This document shows, piece after piece, positions 43,788 to 52,631 of a stretch of 64,000 bases of DNA. The stretch spans positions 18,415-82,414 of the forward strand of contig JALOOI010000001.1 in NCBI GenBank assembly GCA_025454495.1. The letters are read 5' to 3'. A program made the translations under genes and the position numbers. How positions within the stretch are numbered: the first letter of the stretch is position 1; every line of letters starts with the position of its first letter. The notes beneath the pieces were generated by a model. The model saw only the letters and a list, made by a program, of their open reading frames with translations, had not been told where the DNA came from and ran no database searches. This DNA comes from Anaerolineae bacterium. GTDB lineage: Bacteria; Chloroflexota; Anaerolineae; Aggregatilineales; Phototrophicaceae.

Positions 43788-46235
43788 ATGATAAACGACG
43801 CGATGAGTAACCCATCTCTCCAGGCGTACTGTGTGAAATGTAAAGCCATGCGCGACATGGTCGATCCCACGCCCGTGTTCACCCGTACCGGCACCCCCGC
43901 GACGCAGGGGGCCTGTGCGGTCTGCGGCACCCGGCTCACCCGTATGGGGGCGACCCCGGCGCATGAAGGGTTAACGCGCCCGGCCGTCACCGCTGCGCCG
44001 CGTAAAGCCGCCGCAGCGAAAACCCCGGCCAAAAAAGCGGCCGCCGGCAAAGCCAAAAAAACCACCGCGAAGGCGAAAAAGTCGCCCGCGAAAGAGAAAA
44101 GCGGCAAAGCCGCCGCTGGCAAAAGCCGCGCCGCAGCGAAAACGGAACCGGCGCAGAAACGCGGCAAAAAAGGGCGGCTGGTCATCGTGGAATCGCCGGC
44201 CAAGGCTCGCAGCGTGGGCAGTTTCCTGGGCAGCGGTTACACCGTCATCGCCTCCCGCGGCCATGTGCGCGACCTGCTGGCGACGCAGCTTTCGGTGGAT
44301 GTGGAGCGCGATTTTGAGCCGGAGACCGTCCGCGAGATTAAGCAGGCCGTAGACCATGCCGATATGGTGTATCTGGCCACCGACCCCGACCGCGAAGGCG
44401 AAGCGATTGCCTGGCATTTGATGGCCGCGGCCGATATGGATCCGCAGCGGGTGCGCCGCGTGGTCTTCCATGAAATTACCGATGCCGCGGTGACGCACGC
44501 TTTTGAACAGCCGCGGGACATTAACATGGGCCTGGTGAACGCGCAGCAGGCGCGGCGCATTCTGGATCGCCTGGTGGGGTATGGCATTACGCCGCTGCTG
44601 TGGGACAAAGTGCGTAACCGGCTGTCTGCCGGGCGCGTACAGAGCATTGCCCTGCGGATGGTGGTGGATCGGGAACGGCAGATTGAGGCGTTTAGCGCGG
44701 TGGAATACTGGACGATTGATGCCGAACTGCGCCCGGCCACCGGCAACGGCAAACCGCGCGAAGCCTTCACCGCCCGCCTGGTGAAGATCAACGGCGAAGA
44801 TTTTAGCCTCAACAGCCAGGCGCAGGTGCAGCCGCATCTCACCGTGCTGGAACAGAGCCAGTATGCCGTCAGCGATATTAAGACCGGCACCCGCCAGCGC
44901 AAGCCCTCGCCGCCGTTCACCACCAGCACGCTCCAGCAGGAGGCTTCGCGCCGCCTGGGCTTTAATGCCGGCCGCACCATGGCCGCGGCGCAGCGCCTGT
45001 ACGAAGGCATCGACCTGGGCGAGAACAAAATCGGCGGGTTGATTACCTACATGCGTACCGACAGCCTGAACGTGTCGGAGATCGCGCAGCGCGAAGCGCG
45101 GGACTATATCATCACCACCTTCAGCGAGCAGCATGTGCCGGCGGAACCGCCCAAATACCGCACCCGGGCCAAAGGCGCACAGGAAGCCCACGAGGCCATC
45201 CGGCCCACCGGCATCCAGCGCGTGCCGGATGCCGCGCTGAAAGCCATTCTGGACAAAAGCTCGGCCGATCTGTATCGCCTGTACCGGCTCATCTGGGAGC
45301 GCTTCGTGGCCAGCCAGATGGCCAATGCCGTGTATGATACGATCCGGGTGGAGGTGACGGCCGGGCCCGCGCCGGCCGACAGGCCGTATCTGTTCCGCGC
45401 CACCGGCAGCCGCATCAAATTTCCGGGCTTTCTGGCGCTGTATGAAGACACCCGCGATGAAGATGTGAACGACTCCACCGATGAAGGGCGCATCGCGCCG
45501 GGCATCGCGCTTAAGGAGCAGGAAACGCTGGCGTTGCAGCGCCTGCTGCCAGAACAGCACTTCACCGAGCCGCCGCCGCGCTTCACCGAAGCCACCCTGG
45601 TCCGCACGCTGGAGGAATATGGCATTGGCCGCCCCAGCACCTACGCGCCCACCGTGGCCGTCATCCAGGATCGGGATTATGTGGTGCGCGAGCAAAAGCG
45701 CCTGAAACCCACCGACACCGGCAAAATCGTCAGCGATCTGCTGGTGCAGTTCTTCGGCGCGGAGATGGATTATCAGTTCACCGCCCGCATGGAAGAAGAA
45801 CTGGACGACATCGCCGATGGCGCGGACGACTGGAAATCCATGCTGCGGGAATTTTACGATCCCTTCGCGCAGCGGCTGACCTTTGCCCGCGATCACATGC
45901 CGCAGATGAAACAGGTGGAACGGGTGGGGCGGCCGTGCCCGGCGTGCGGTGGCGATCTCATCGTGAAGTATGGCCGGTTTGGCAAGTTCATCGGCTGTGC
46001 CAACCACCCGGAGTGCACCCACACCGAGCCGTTTGTGGAATACACCGGCGTAAGCTGCCCCACCTGCGGCCGGGCCCACGGCGGCCAACTGGTGGAACGG
46101 CGCAGCCGCCGCGGCCGCGTCTTTTACGGCTGCTCACGCTATCCTGATTGCGAATTTATCACCTGGAAGCTGCCCAAAACGGGCGATGAGGCCGCTGAGG
46201 ATGCGCCGGAAATCCTGCGCGATGCGGCCGGTTAA
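43788..46235 (+). CDS. topA: DNA topoisomerase I with an N-terminal zinc-ribbon and Lys/Ala-rich extension
   Basis: TOPRIM domain begins at LVIVESPAKA (about aa 135), with C-terminal TopA zinc ribbons. The N-terminal 130 aa carry CVKCKA...CAVCG and then a K/A-rich tract. ATG 43803 is an alternative start. Confidence 0.9.
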   Translation: MINDAMSNPSLQAYCVKCKAMRDMVDPTPVFTRTGTPATQGACAVCGTRLTRMGATPAHEGLTRPAVTAAPRKAAAAKTPAKKAAAGKAKKTTAKAKKSPAKEKSGKAAAGKSRAAAKTEPAQKRGKKGRLVIVESPAKARSVGSFLGSGYTVIASRGHVRDLLATQLSVDVERDFEPETVREIKQAVDHADMVYLATDPDREGEAIAWHLMAAADMDPQRVRRVVFHEITDAAVTHAFEQPRDINMGLVNAQQARRILDRLVGYGITPLLWDKVRNRLSAGRVQSIALRMVVDRERQIEAFSAVEYWTIDAELRPATGNGKPREAFTARLVKINGEDFSLNSQAQVQPHLTVLEQSQYAVSDIKTGTRQRKPSPPFTTSTLQQEASRRLGFNAGRTMAAAQRLYEGIDLGENKIGGLITYMRTDSLNVSEIAQREARDYIITTFSEQHVPAEPPKYRTRAKGAQEAHEAIRPTGIQRVPDAALKAILDKSSADLYRLYRLIWERFVASQMANAVYDTIRVEVTAGPAPADRPYLFRATGSRIKFPGFLALYEDTRDEDVNDSTDEGRIAPGIALKEQETLALQRLLPEQHFTEPPPRFTEATLVRTLEEYGIGRPSTYAPTVAVIQDRDYVVREQKRLKPTDTGKIVSDLLVQFFGAEMDYQFTARMEEELDDIADGADDWKSMLREFYDPFAQRLTFARDHMPQMKQVERVGRPCPACGGDLIVKYGRFGKFIGCANHPECTHTEPFVEYTGVSCPTCGRAHGGQLVERRSRRGRVFYGCSRYPDCEFITWKLPKTGDEAAEDAPEILRDAAG

Positions 46236-46270
46236 CTGCGACAGGGCCGGGGTGCTGCCGGGGACGTGGC

Positions 46271-46816
46271 TCAGGCTTCGTCGTCCGGCAGCAGCCCCTC
46301 CGGCAGATTCATGAGGATGATGCCGGCCTCCGGCTGAATATCCACCACGGTTTCTTTGTGCGCCGGGATGAGCACTTCGCCATGCTGCGGGTGCTGCACC
46401 ACGTACACATCATTCGCGCCCGTTTCAAAGACATCCGTCACCGTGCCAATCACCTCGCCCTGCGGCGTTTGCACCCGCAGCCCGATGAGCTGGTACAGGT
46501 ACACTTCGTCCTCGTCCAGCGGCACCGCGCTGGGCAAATCCACCATCACCATATAATCGCGCAGGCGGTCGGCTTCATCCCGGTCGGTGATTTCGGCCAG
46601 CTTCAGCAGGATGTAGTCCTGGTGCAGCCGCACGGATTCCACGGTGTAGGGTTGTGCGTCGGCGGGCTGGTCGGGCTTCTGGCTGAGGTAGACGTGTTTC
46701 AGCCGGGCGACTCGTTCCGGGTAATCGGTGAGTGTGCTGAGGCGCAGTTCGCCGCGCACGCCATGCGGGCGCAGGACGCGCCCCAGAAAGAGATAGGGGG
46801 GCGGGGTAGCAGGCAC
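46271..46816 (-). CDS. rimM: Ribosome maturation factor RimM
   Basis: RimM N-terminal block (LGRVLRPHGVRGEL) and PRC-barrel C-terminus. Confidence 0.85.
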   Translation of the reverse strand: MPATPPPYLFLGRVLRPHGVRGELRLSTLTDYPERVARLKHVYLSQKPDQPADAQPYTVESVRLHQDYILLKLAEITDRDEADRLRDYMVMVDLPSAVPLDEDEVYLYQLIGLRVQTPQGEVIGTVTDVFETGANDVYVVQHPQHGEVLIPAHKETVVDIQPEAGIILMNLPEGLLPDDEA

Positions 46817-46878
46817 CGGGTTCCTCCGGGTGGGGCGCGTGCCCGGCCGCCGACGCAGGGCCGGCGGCCGGGGTGGGC

Positions 46879-47115
46879 CTATTCAATTTCCAGGATGATG
46901 CGTTTACCGCGCCGGTCTTCCTCGCCCACGGCCCGCAGCAGCGAGCGCATGGCGTTGGCGACCCGCCCATTTTTGCCGATCACGCGGCCCATATCTTCCT
47001 GGGCCACGGTGAGTTCCAGCACCAGGGTACGGCCGTTGTCGCGGCGGTTCAGCGCCACCTGCGACGGATCACTGACCAGATTTTCCGCGATGTAGCGGAT
47101 GAGTTCATCTTCCAT
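46879..47115 (-). CDS. KH-domain RNA-binding protein (YlqC/UPF0109 family)
   Basis: VIGKNGRVANAMRSL KH motif. Conserved position between rpsP and rimM. Confidence 0.75.
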   Translation of the reverse strand: MEDELIRYIAENLVSDPSQVALNRRDNGRTLVLELTVAQEDMGRVIGKNGRVANAMRSLLRAVGEEDRRGKRIILEIE

Positions 47116-47137
47116 GCGGCTGGCTCACAGTGCCGGG

Positions 47138-47536
47138 CTAGCCGGCTTTTTTGGCGGCTTCGCGGGCTTTCACCCAGGACTGGCCGGCGGCCGGCGACGG
47201 GTAGCGGGTGCGGGCTTCCGGCACCGGGGCGGCGCTGGCTTTGGCTTCGGCGGCCAGGGTTTCCAGGCTTTCGCCGGCCCGCAGCCGTTCAAAGCGGGCC
47301 AGGGTGCCGGTGCGCTTCAGGATGCTGGCCATGGATTCGGTGGGCTGTGCGCCCACGCTCAGCCAGTACAGCACCCGTTCTTCATTCAGAACTTCGGTGG
47401 AAGGGCGCGTGCGGGGGTTGTAATGCCCCACCACTTCGATCTCTTTGCCATCGCGGGCGGCGCGGCTGTCAATCACCACGATACGATACGACGGCTGCTT
47501 TTTTGACCCGCGACGGGCCAGACGAATTTTAACCAT
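47138..47536 (-). CDS. rpsP: 30S ribosomal protein S16 with a C-terminal extension
   Basis: MVKIRLARRGSKKQPSYRIVV S16 N-terminus, followed by an Ala-rich extension of about 50 aa. Confidence 0.9.
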   Translation of the reverse strand: MVKIRLARRGSKKQPSYRIVVIDSRAARDGKEIEVVGHYNPRTRPSTEVLNEERVLYWLSVGAQPTESMASILKRTGTLARFERLRAGESLETLAAEAKASAAPVPEARTRYPSPAAGQSWVKAREAAKKAG

Positions 47537-47566
47537 GGTGTGCTGTGTCTCCTCAGGGATGCTGAA

Positions 47567-48922
47567 TTACAGGCCCGGTAAGCCGGGTAAATTCGGGAAT
47601 TTGCCTTTACGAAGCTGATCCATCATCTTTTGCATTTGCCGATACTGGTCAAGCACTTCGTTCACATCACGCACCTGCACGCCGCTGCCTTTGGCCACGC
47701 GCTGTTTGCGCCGGGCGGCGGTGGAGCCTTTCTCCAGGATTTTGGGCTTCTCGCGTTCCTCTTTCGTCATCGAATTCAGGATCGCTTCCACCTTTTTGAT
47801 GCGCTTTTCAATATCCTGGTTGTTCAACTGGCCCGACATTTGCAGCTTGCTCATGCCAGGGATCATGCCCAGGAGCTGCGTGATCGACCCCATGCGCTTA
47901 ATTTTCTGGAGCTGATCGAGAAAATCCTGGAGGGTGAATTTGTTCTCCATCATTTTCTGCTGCAACGCCAGGGCTTCTTCTTCTTCGTACAGCGACTCGG
48001 CCTTTTCGACCAGGGTCAGCAGGTCGCCCATGCCCAGGATGCGGTCGGCGATGCGGCGCGGGTCGAAGGCTTCAAAGGTATCCAGGGTGATTTTTTCCCC
48101 GGTCCCCATGAATTTGATGGGTACGCCGGTGACGGAGCGCATGGAGAGCGCCGCGCCGCCGCGGGCATCGCCATCGACCTTGGTGAGAATCAGCCCGGTG
48201 AGGCCCACGCGCTCGTTAAACCCGCGGGCGATGTTCACCGCTTCCTGCCCGGTCATCGCATCCGCCACCAGCAGAATTTCGGCCGGGCTGGTGCGTTTTT
48301 TGATCTCGACCAGTTCCTGCATCAGGTCTTCGTCAATTTGCAGCCGGCCGGCGGTGTCGATGATGACGACGGCGGCATTGGCCTGGCGGGCGGCTTCCAG
48401 CCCGCGCCGGGCAATATCCGGCGGGGTGGCTTTGACACCTTCTTCGTGATAACCGATGTTGACCTGTTTCGCCAGCGTGACGAGCTGCTGCACCGCGGCG
48501 GGACGGTAGGTATCCGCGGCGACCAGAAACGGCAGGCGGCCCTGGCCGCGCAGGTAGAGGGCCAGTTTGGCGGCGCTGGTGGTCTTACCCGACCCCTGCA
48601 GGCCCACCATCATAATCACGTGGGGTTTGCTGCCGGTGGCAAAGCTCAGTTTGCCGGCTTCGCCCAGGGTGTCCATCAGTTCTTCATGAACGATTTTGAC
48701 CACCTGTTCCACCGGGCGCAGCTTTTTGTGAACTTCTGCCCCGATGGCGCGTTCTTTGATGCGATTGACAAAATCTTTGACAATCGGCAGCGCGACATCG
48801 GCTTCCAGCAGCGCCATCCGCACTTCGCGCATGGCGTTGTTCACATCCTGTTCCGTGACCTTGCCGCCTTTGCCCAGACTATCAAAGGCGGTTTGCAGCC
48901 GCTGGCTCAGACTTTCAAACAT
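47567..48922 (-). CDS. ffh: Signal recognition particle protein Ffh
   Basis: N, G (GLQGSGKTT) and M domains. Confidence 0.92.
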   Translation of the reverse strand: MFESLSQRLQTAFDSLGKGGKVTEQDVNNAMREVRMALLEADVALPIVKDFVNRIKERAIGAEVHKKLRPVEQVVKIVHEELMDTLGEAGKLSFATGSKPHVIMMVGLQGSGKTTSAAKLALYLRGQGRLPFLVAADTYRPAAVQQLVTLAKQVNIGYHEEGVKATPPDIARRGLEAARQANAAVVIIDTAGRLQIDEDLMQELVEIKKRTSPAEILLVADAMTGQEAVNIARGFNERVGLTGLILTKVDGDARGGAALSMRSVTGVPIKFMGTGEKITLDTFEAFDPRRIADRILGMGDLLTLVEKAESLYEEEEALALQQKMMENKFTLQDFLDQLQKIKRMGSITQLLGMIPGMSKLQMSGQLNNQDIEKRIKKVEAILNSMTKEEREKPKILEKGSTAARRKQRVAKGSGVQVRDVNEVLDQYRQMQKMMDQLRKGKFPNLPGLPGL

Positions 48923-49039
48923 GCGCTTTGTTCCTGCTTACAAACACCAAAAGATCGATTCTAGTGGAGCCAGGGCGCAGCGTCAAGATGAGCTTATGGG
49001 CCGCGGGCGGCTTTGTGGGCACGCTGGATCGTGGCCCGG

Positions 49040-50779
49040 CTAAGCCGGCGGGGCCGGGCGGCGCAGGCTGTCCCGCGCGGTTTCGATGGCCGCCAGCAGC
49101 GTGGCCAGAAAAGCATTCAGCCCGCCGGCATCGCTGCCGGTTTGCAGCACGCGCAGTTCCTGAATGGCGGGCATCTGTTCCGCCAGGCGGGGCAGCATTT
49201 CGATCAGCAGGCGCTGCAAATCCTGCTCATTGATGAGGTTACGCGCTTCCTGCTGCCAGCGGGCCTGCTGCGCCCGCAGTTCCGCCTGGCGATGTTCGGT
49301 GAGGGCAGCGGCTTCCTCCAGGCTGAGGTTGGCCAGGGTGGTTTCGCGCTCGGCGGCCAGGCGGCTGACCAGTGCCTGGCGGGCCTGTTCGGCCGCCAGC
49401 GCGGCGTTTTGCAGGGCGAAGGCGTGCTGGGCCTGGCGCAGCACCCCCTCGCGGGCCAGGCGCTCCTGTTCGGCGGCGGCGGTGCTGGCTTCCAGGCGGG
49501 CTTCGTCCTGCAACTGCTGCAACTTTTGGTCGATCTGTAACTGCTGCTGCCGGGTGGCGGTGCTGGCCGCCAGGCGGGTGCGTTCCACTTCGGCCTGCTG
49601 CTCGCGCTCAAGCTGTTCCAGCAGGGCCACCTGTTGCAGGCGGGCGCGTTCCGCCGCCAGCCGCCGGCTGGATTCTTCCGCCAGCAGGGTGGTTTCTGCC
49701 TCCAGTTGCAATTTTTGCCGGCCGGCGGTCTGTTCACGGGCGAAGCGTTTGGCCTCTTCCTCCAGCCGGATGTCATCGCCTTCGGTCTGCTTGCTCTGCT
49801 GGATGCGTTCAATGACCACGCGGGCTTCGGCTTCGCGGGTTTCGCGCAACTGGCGCGTGGCCAGTTCGCGCTGGCTGATGTCGTCCTGCATCCGCAGGTA
49901 GCTGAGGCGGGCTTCCTTCTCCTGCTCATGCCGGAAAGGGGCCTGAAGATTTTCCCACAGCCGCTGTGAACTGACGCGGGCTTCTTTGATTTGCACAGTG
50001 ACGATGCGAATGCCCAGGCCTTCGCCGGCGCTGCCCCCGGCGCTTTGCAGCCGGCCTTCGGTGACGGCGATGAGGCGGCGCGTCAGTTCTTCGATCACCG
50101 GGGCTTTGTCCGTCAGCACTTCTTCCACGCTCATGGTGGCGATTTTGTCTTTGATGGCCGCTTCGGCCTGTTCCCGTAACTGGGCGTTGACGATGCCCAG
50201 CGGATCACGCGGGTCGGAAATATCCAGCTTGCGATAGGCGATGGCGAACTGGTCGATTTGCCACTGCACATAGGCCAGGACGTTGATGCCCTGTTTTTCG
50301 CGGGTGATGCAGTTGGCGACCACGCCAATGGTCTGCATGGCGGCCGGCACCACCAGATACGCATCGGTGGCGGGGTTGTAGCGAAAGGACATGCCCAGGC
50401 CCAGCGTCACCGGCTCTTTTTTGCCCAGGCGGGTATGCACCACATACGCATTCGGTGGAATGACCACCCGCTTCCAGAAGCCGAAGCCGGTTTCGCGCAC
50501 CTGGATGGGTTCTTTTTCCAGTTGCAGCTCTTCCGAGGTTTTGAGGCTGAACATGCCGGGCAGGGCGGGCGACGGCGTGCTGCGCGGTAGGGCCTGCGGT
50601 GGCAGCGCTGCTATGGGGGCCGGTGGCGCGGCCGGCGCGGGCTGTGACAGATAGCCGCCCACCAGCGCATCGCGCACTTCGCCGCCTTCTTCGTCCGCGG
50701 CACCACCGGCCGGCATTTCGTTGAGGATATTCTGCTGCCGGAAAATTTCTGCGGCGGCAGCACGCTTTTTCTGGCTCAT
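49040..50779 (-). CDS. SPFH/Band-7 (flotillin-like) protein with a long coiled-coil
   Basis: SPFH-like N-terminal domain followed by about 250 aa of heptad-rich Q/E/R/A coiled-coil (flotillin-like). Confidence 0.65.
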   Translation of the reverse strand: MSQKKRAAAAEIFRQQNILNEMPAGGAADEEGGEVRDALVGGYLSQPAPAAPPAPIAALPPQALPRSTPSPALPGMFSLKTSEELQLEKEPIQVRETGFGFWKRVVIPPNAYVVHTRLGKKEPVTLGLGMSFRYNPATDAYLVVPAAMQTIGVVANCITREKQGINVLAYVQWQIDQFAIAYRKLDISDPRDPLGIVNAQLREQAEAAIKDKIATMSVEEVLTDKAPVIEELTRRLIAVTEGRLQSAGGSAGEGLGIRIVTVQIKEARVSSQRLWENLQAPFRHEQEKEARLSYLRMQDDISQRELATRQLRETREAEARVVIERIQQSKQTEGDDIRLEEEAKRFAREQTAGRQKLQLEAETTLLAEESSRRLAAERARLQQVALLEQLEREQQAEVERTRLAASTATRQQQLQIDQKLQQLQDEARLEASTAAAEQERLAREGVLRQAQHAFALQNAALAAEQARQALVSRLAAERETTLANLSLEEAAALTEHRQAELRAQQARWQQEARNLINEQDLQRLLIEMLPRLAEQMPAIQELRVLQTGSDAGGLNAFLATLLAAIETARDSLRRPAPPA

Positions 50780-51109
50780 ATGGCTTGTCCCCCGTCACCT
50801 GGTCGTGTAGATCTGTAAACGACACCGCGGCTTCATAAGTTCCTGCGTCTGATGATGGCGTGCTGCCGGGGCCGGCCGTCATTGTAGCAGGCAGGGCGGC
50901 GGGCGCAAAACACCGGGCAATCGTCGGGTAACGGGCGGCGGCCTCTCTTGCGGGCCGCGGCTGAATCCGACACTATTTGCAGGGTACGCAAACGCTGTGC
51001 CTGGCTTTATACTGAAGCCAGCGGCAGCGACGACAATACCTGTGGTCGGGGACAGCGTATCCCCCCGGCCGGCTGCCAGGATGACCAACAGCTTTCAGGA
51101 TGGCGTGGT

Positions 51110-52627
51110 ATGGTAAATCTGGATGATACACAGCCGAATCGCCTCCGGCTGCCGCAGGATGACGGCCCCGGCGGGCCGCCGCGTATTCTGCTGTTCGGGG
51201 TGATCGCGCTGTTTGTGGTGGTGGCGGGTGGTTTTGTGGCGGGCTTCTATGTCTTCCGGGAGGTGCTCACCCCCGGCCAGCAGCAGCGAATCATTGAGCA
51301 GTTGCCGTTTATGGAGGCCTTCAAACGGCCCACGCCGGTGGGCGGGGTGCTGCCGACCGTGGCACCGGATGCGACGGCCAATGCCCAGGCGCTGAATCTG
51401 TTGAATATACCGCTGGCGACCGCAACCGTGACCGCAACCGTGACCGCAACCGTAACCGTGCCCACGACTTCGCTGCCGGCTGATGGGCCGTCGTCCCCGC
51501 TGCCGGTATCGCCCACGCTGCCCCCCACCGCGGCGGCTTCGCCCACGCCGGCCCCCACGGCCACCCCCACCGCGGCTTCGGCCGGGCTGCCGGTGGGTGG
51601 CGGGGATAATACGGCCCTGGTGGCGCTGACGGCCGCCCCCCGTATCTCCGGCGCGACTTTTACGCAGCCCGCGCCGGCCCTGCCGGCCAGCGCTCGCATT
51701 TATGGCATTGTGCATCAGCAGCAAACCTGGAACAACTGCGGCCCCGCGACGCTGACCATGGGCCTGTCTTTTTACGGCTGGCGCGATGACCAGAAAGTGG
51801 CCGCCGCCTACCTGAAGCCCAACCGCGAAGATAAAAATGTTAGCCCGTCCGAAATGGTGGATTTCGTCAACACGCGCACCGGGGTACGGGCGCTCACCCG
51901 CCAGGGAGGGGATATTGACCTGCTGCGGACGCTGATTCACGCGCAGTTCCCGGTGGTGGTGGAGACGGCCGCGCTGTTCGAGGCTTACGACTGGCTGGGC
52001 CATTATCGGCTGGCGGTGGCCTATGACGATACCACCGGGCTGCTGTTCTTTTACGACAGTTTTCAGGGTACGGGCGATTTTGAGCAGGGCATCACCATCC
52101 CGTACCGTGAATTTGATGAAGACTGGAAAGCGTTCAACCGCACCTTCATCGTCATTTACCAGCAGGAACGCGAGGCCGAACTGCTGGCGCTGCTGGGCAG
52201 CCGGGCCACCGAAATCGCCGCTGCGCAGCACGCTTTTGAAGTGGCCCAGTCCGAAGCCCGCGCCAACCGCCAGGATAAATTTGCCTGGTTCAACATGGGA
52301 TCATCCCTGGTGACGCTGGGGCGCTATGAAGAAGCGGCCAACGCCTTTGACCTGGCCCGCAGCTATGCGCTGCCTTTCCGCATGATGTGGTATCAGTTTG
52401 GCCCGTTTGTTGCCTATTATCATGTCGAGCGTTATGATGATATCCTGTCGCTGGCGGAGAACAACATCAACAATGCCCGCGAACTGGAAGAAACCTACTA
52501 CTGGCGCGGGCGGGTGTATGCCGCCCAGGGCCGGGCGGAGAATGCCGCCGCCGAATTCCGGCAGGCGCTGGCCTACAACCCCAATTTTCAACCGGCGCAG
52601 GCCGCGCTGACGGCGCTCAATTCCTGA
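51110..52627 (+). CDS. Membrane-anchored peptidase C39-like (C39_2) domain protein with a C-terminal TPR
   Basis: TM, PT linker, QQQTWNNCGPATLTM (catalytic Cys) ... GHYRLAV (His), then TPR repeats. Start at internal Met 51110. Confidence 0.6.
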   Translation: MVNLDDTQPNRLRLPQDDGPGGPPRILLFGVIALFVVVAGGFVAGFYVFREVLTPGQQQRIIEQLPFMEAFKRPTPVGGVLPTVAPDATANAQALNLLNIPLATATVTATVTATVTVPTTSLPADGPSSPLPVSPTLPPTAAASPTPAPTATPTAASAGLPVGGGDNTALVALTAAPRISGATFTQPAPALPASARIYGIVHQQQTWNNCGPATLTMGLSFYGWRDDQKVAAAYLKPNREDKNVSPSEMVDFVNTRTGVRALTRQGGDIDLLRTLIHAQFPVVVETAALFEAYDWLGHYRLAVAYDDTTGLLFFYDSFQGTGDFEQGITIPYREFDEDWKAFNRTFIVIYQQEREAELLALLGSRATEIAAAQHAFEVAQSEARANRQDKFAWFNMGSSLVTLGRYEEAANAFDLARSYALPFRMMWYQFGPFVAYYHVERYDDILSLAENNINNARELEETYYWRGRVYAAQGRAENAAAEFRQALAYNPNFQPAQAALTALNS

Positions 52628-52631
52628 GGAC

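Noticed and set aside
43971-46088. 705-aa minus-strand ORF
   Set aside because: It is antisense to topA, which has unmistakable TOPRIM and zinc-ribbon motifs.
47630-48964. 444-aa plus-strand ORF
   Set aside because: Antisense to ffh.
51420-51465. Short 9-bp tandem repeats (gaccgcaacc/gtgaccgca) as VNTR or CRISPR-like elements
   Set aside because: They encode TATV/PT linker low-complexity inside a secreted protein. There is no repeat-spacer architecture.
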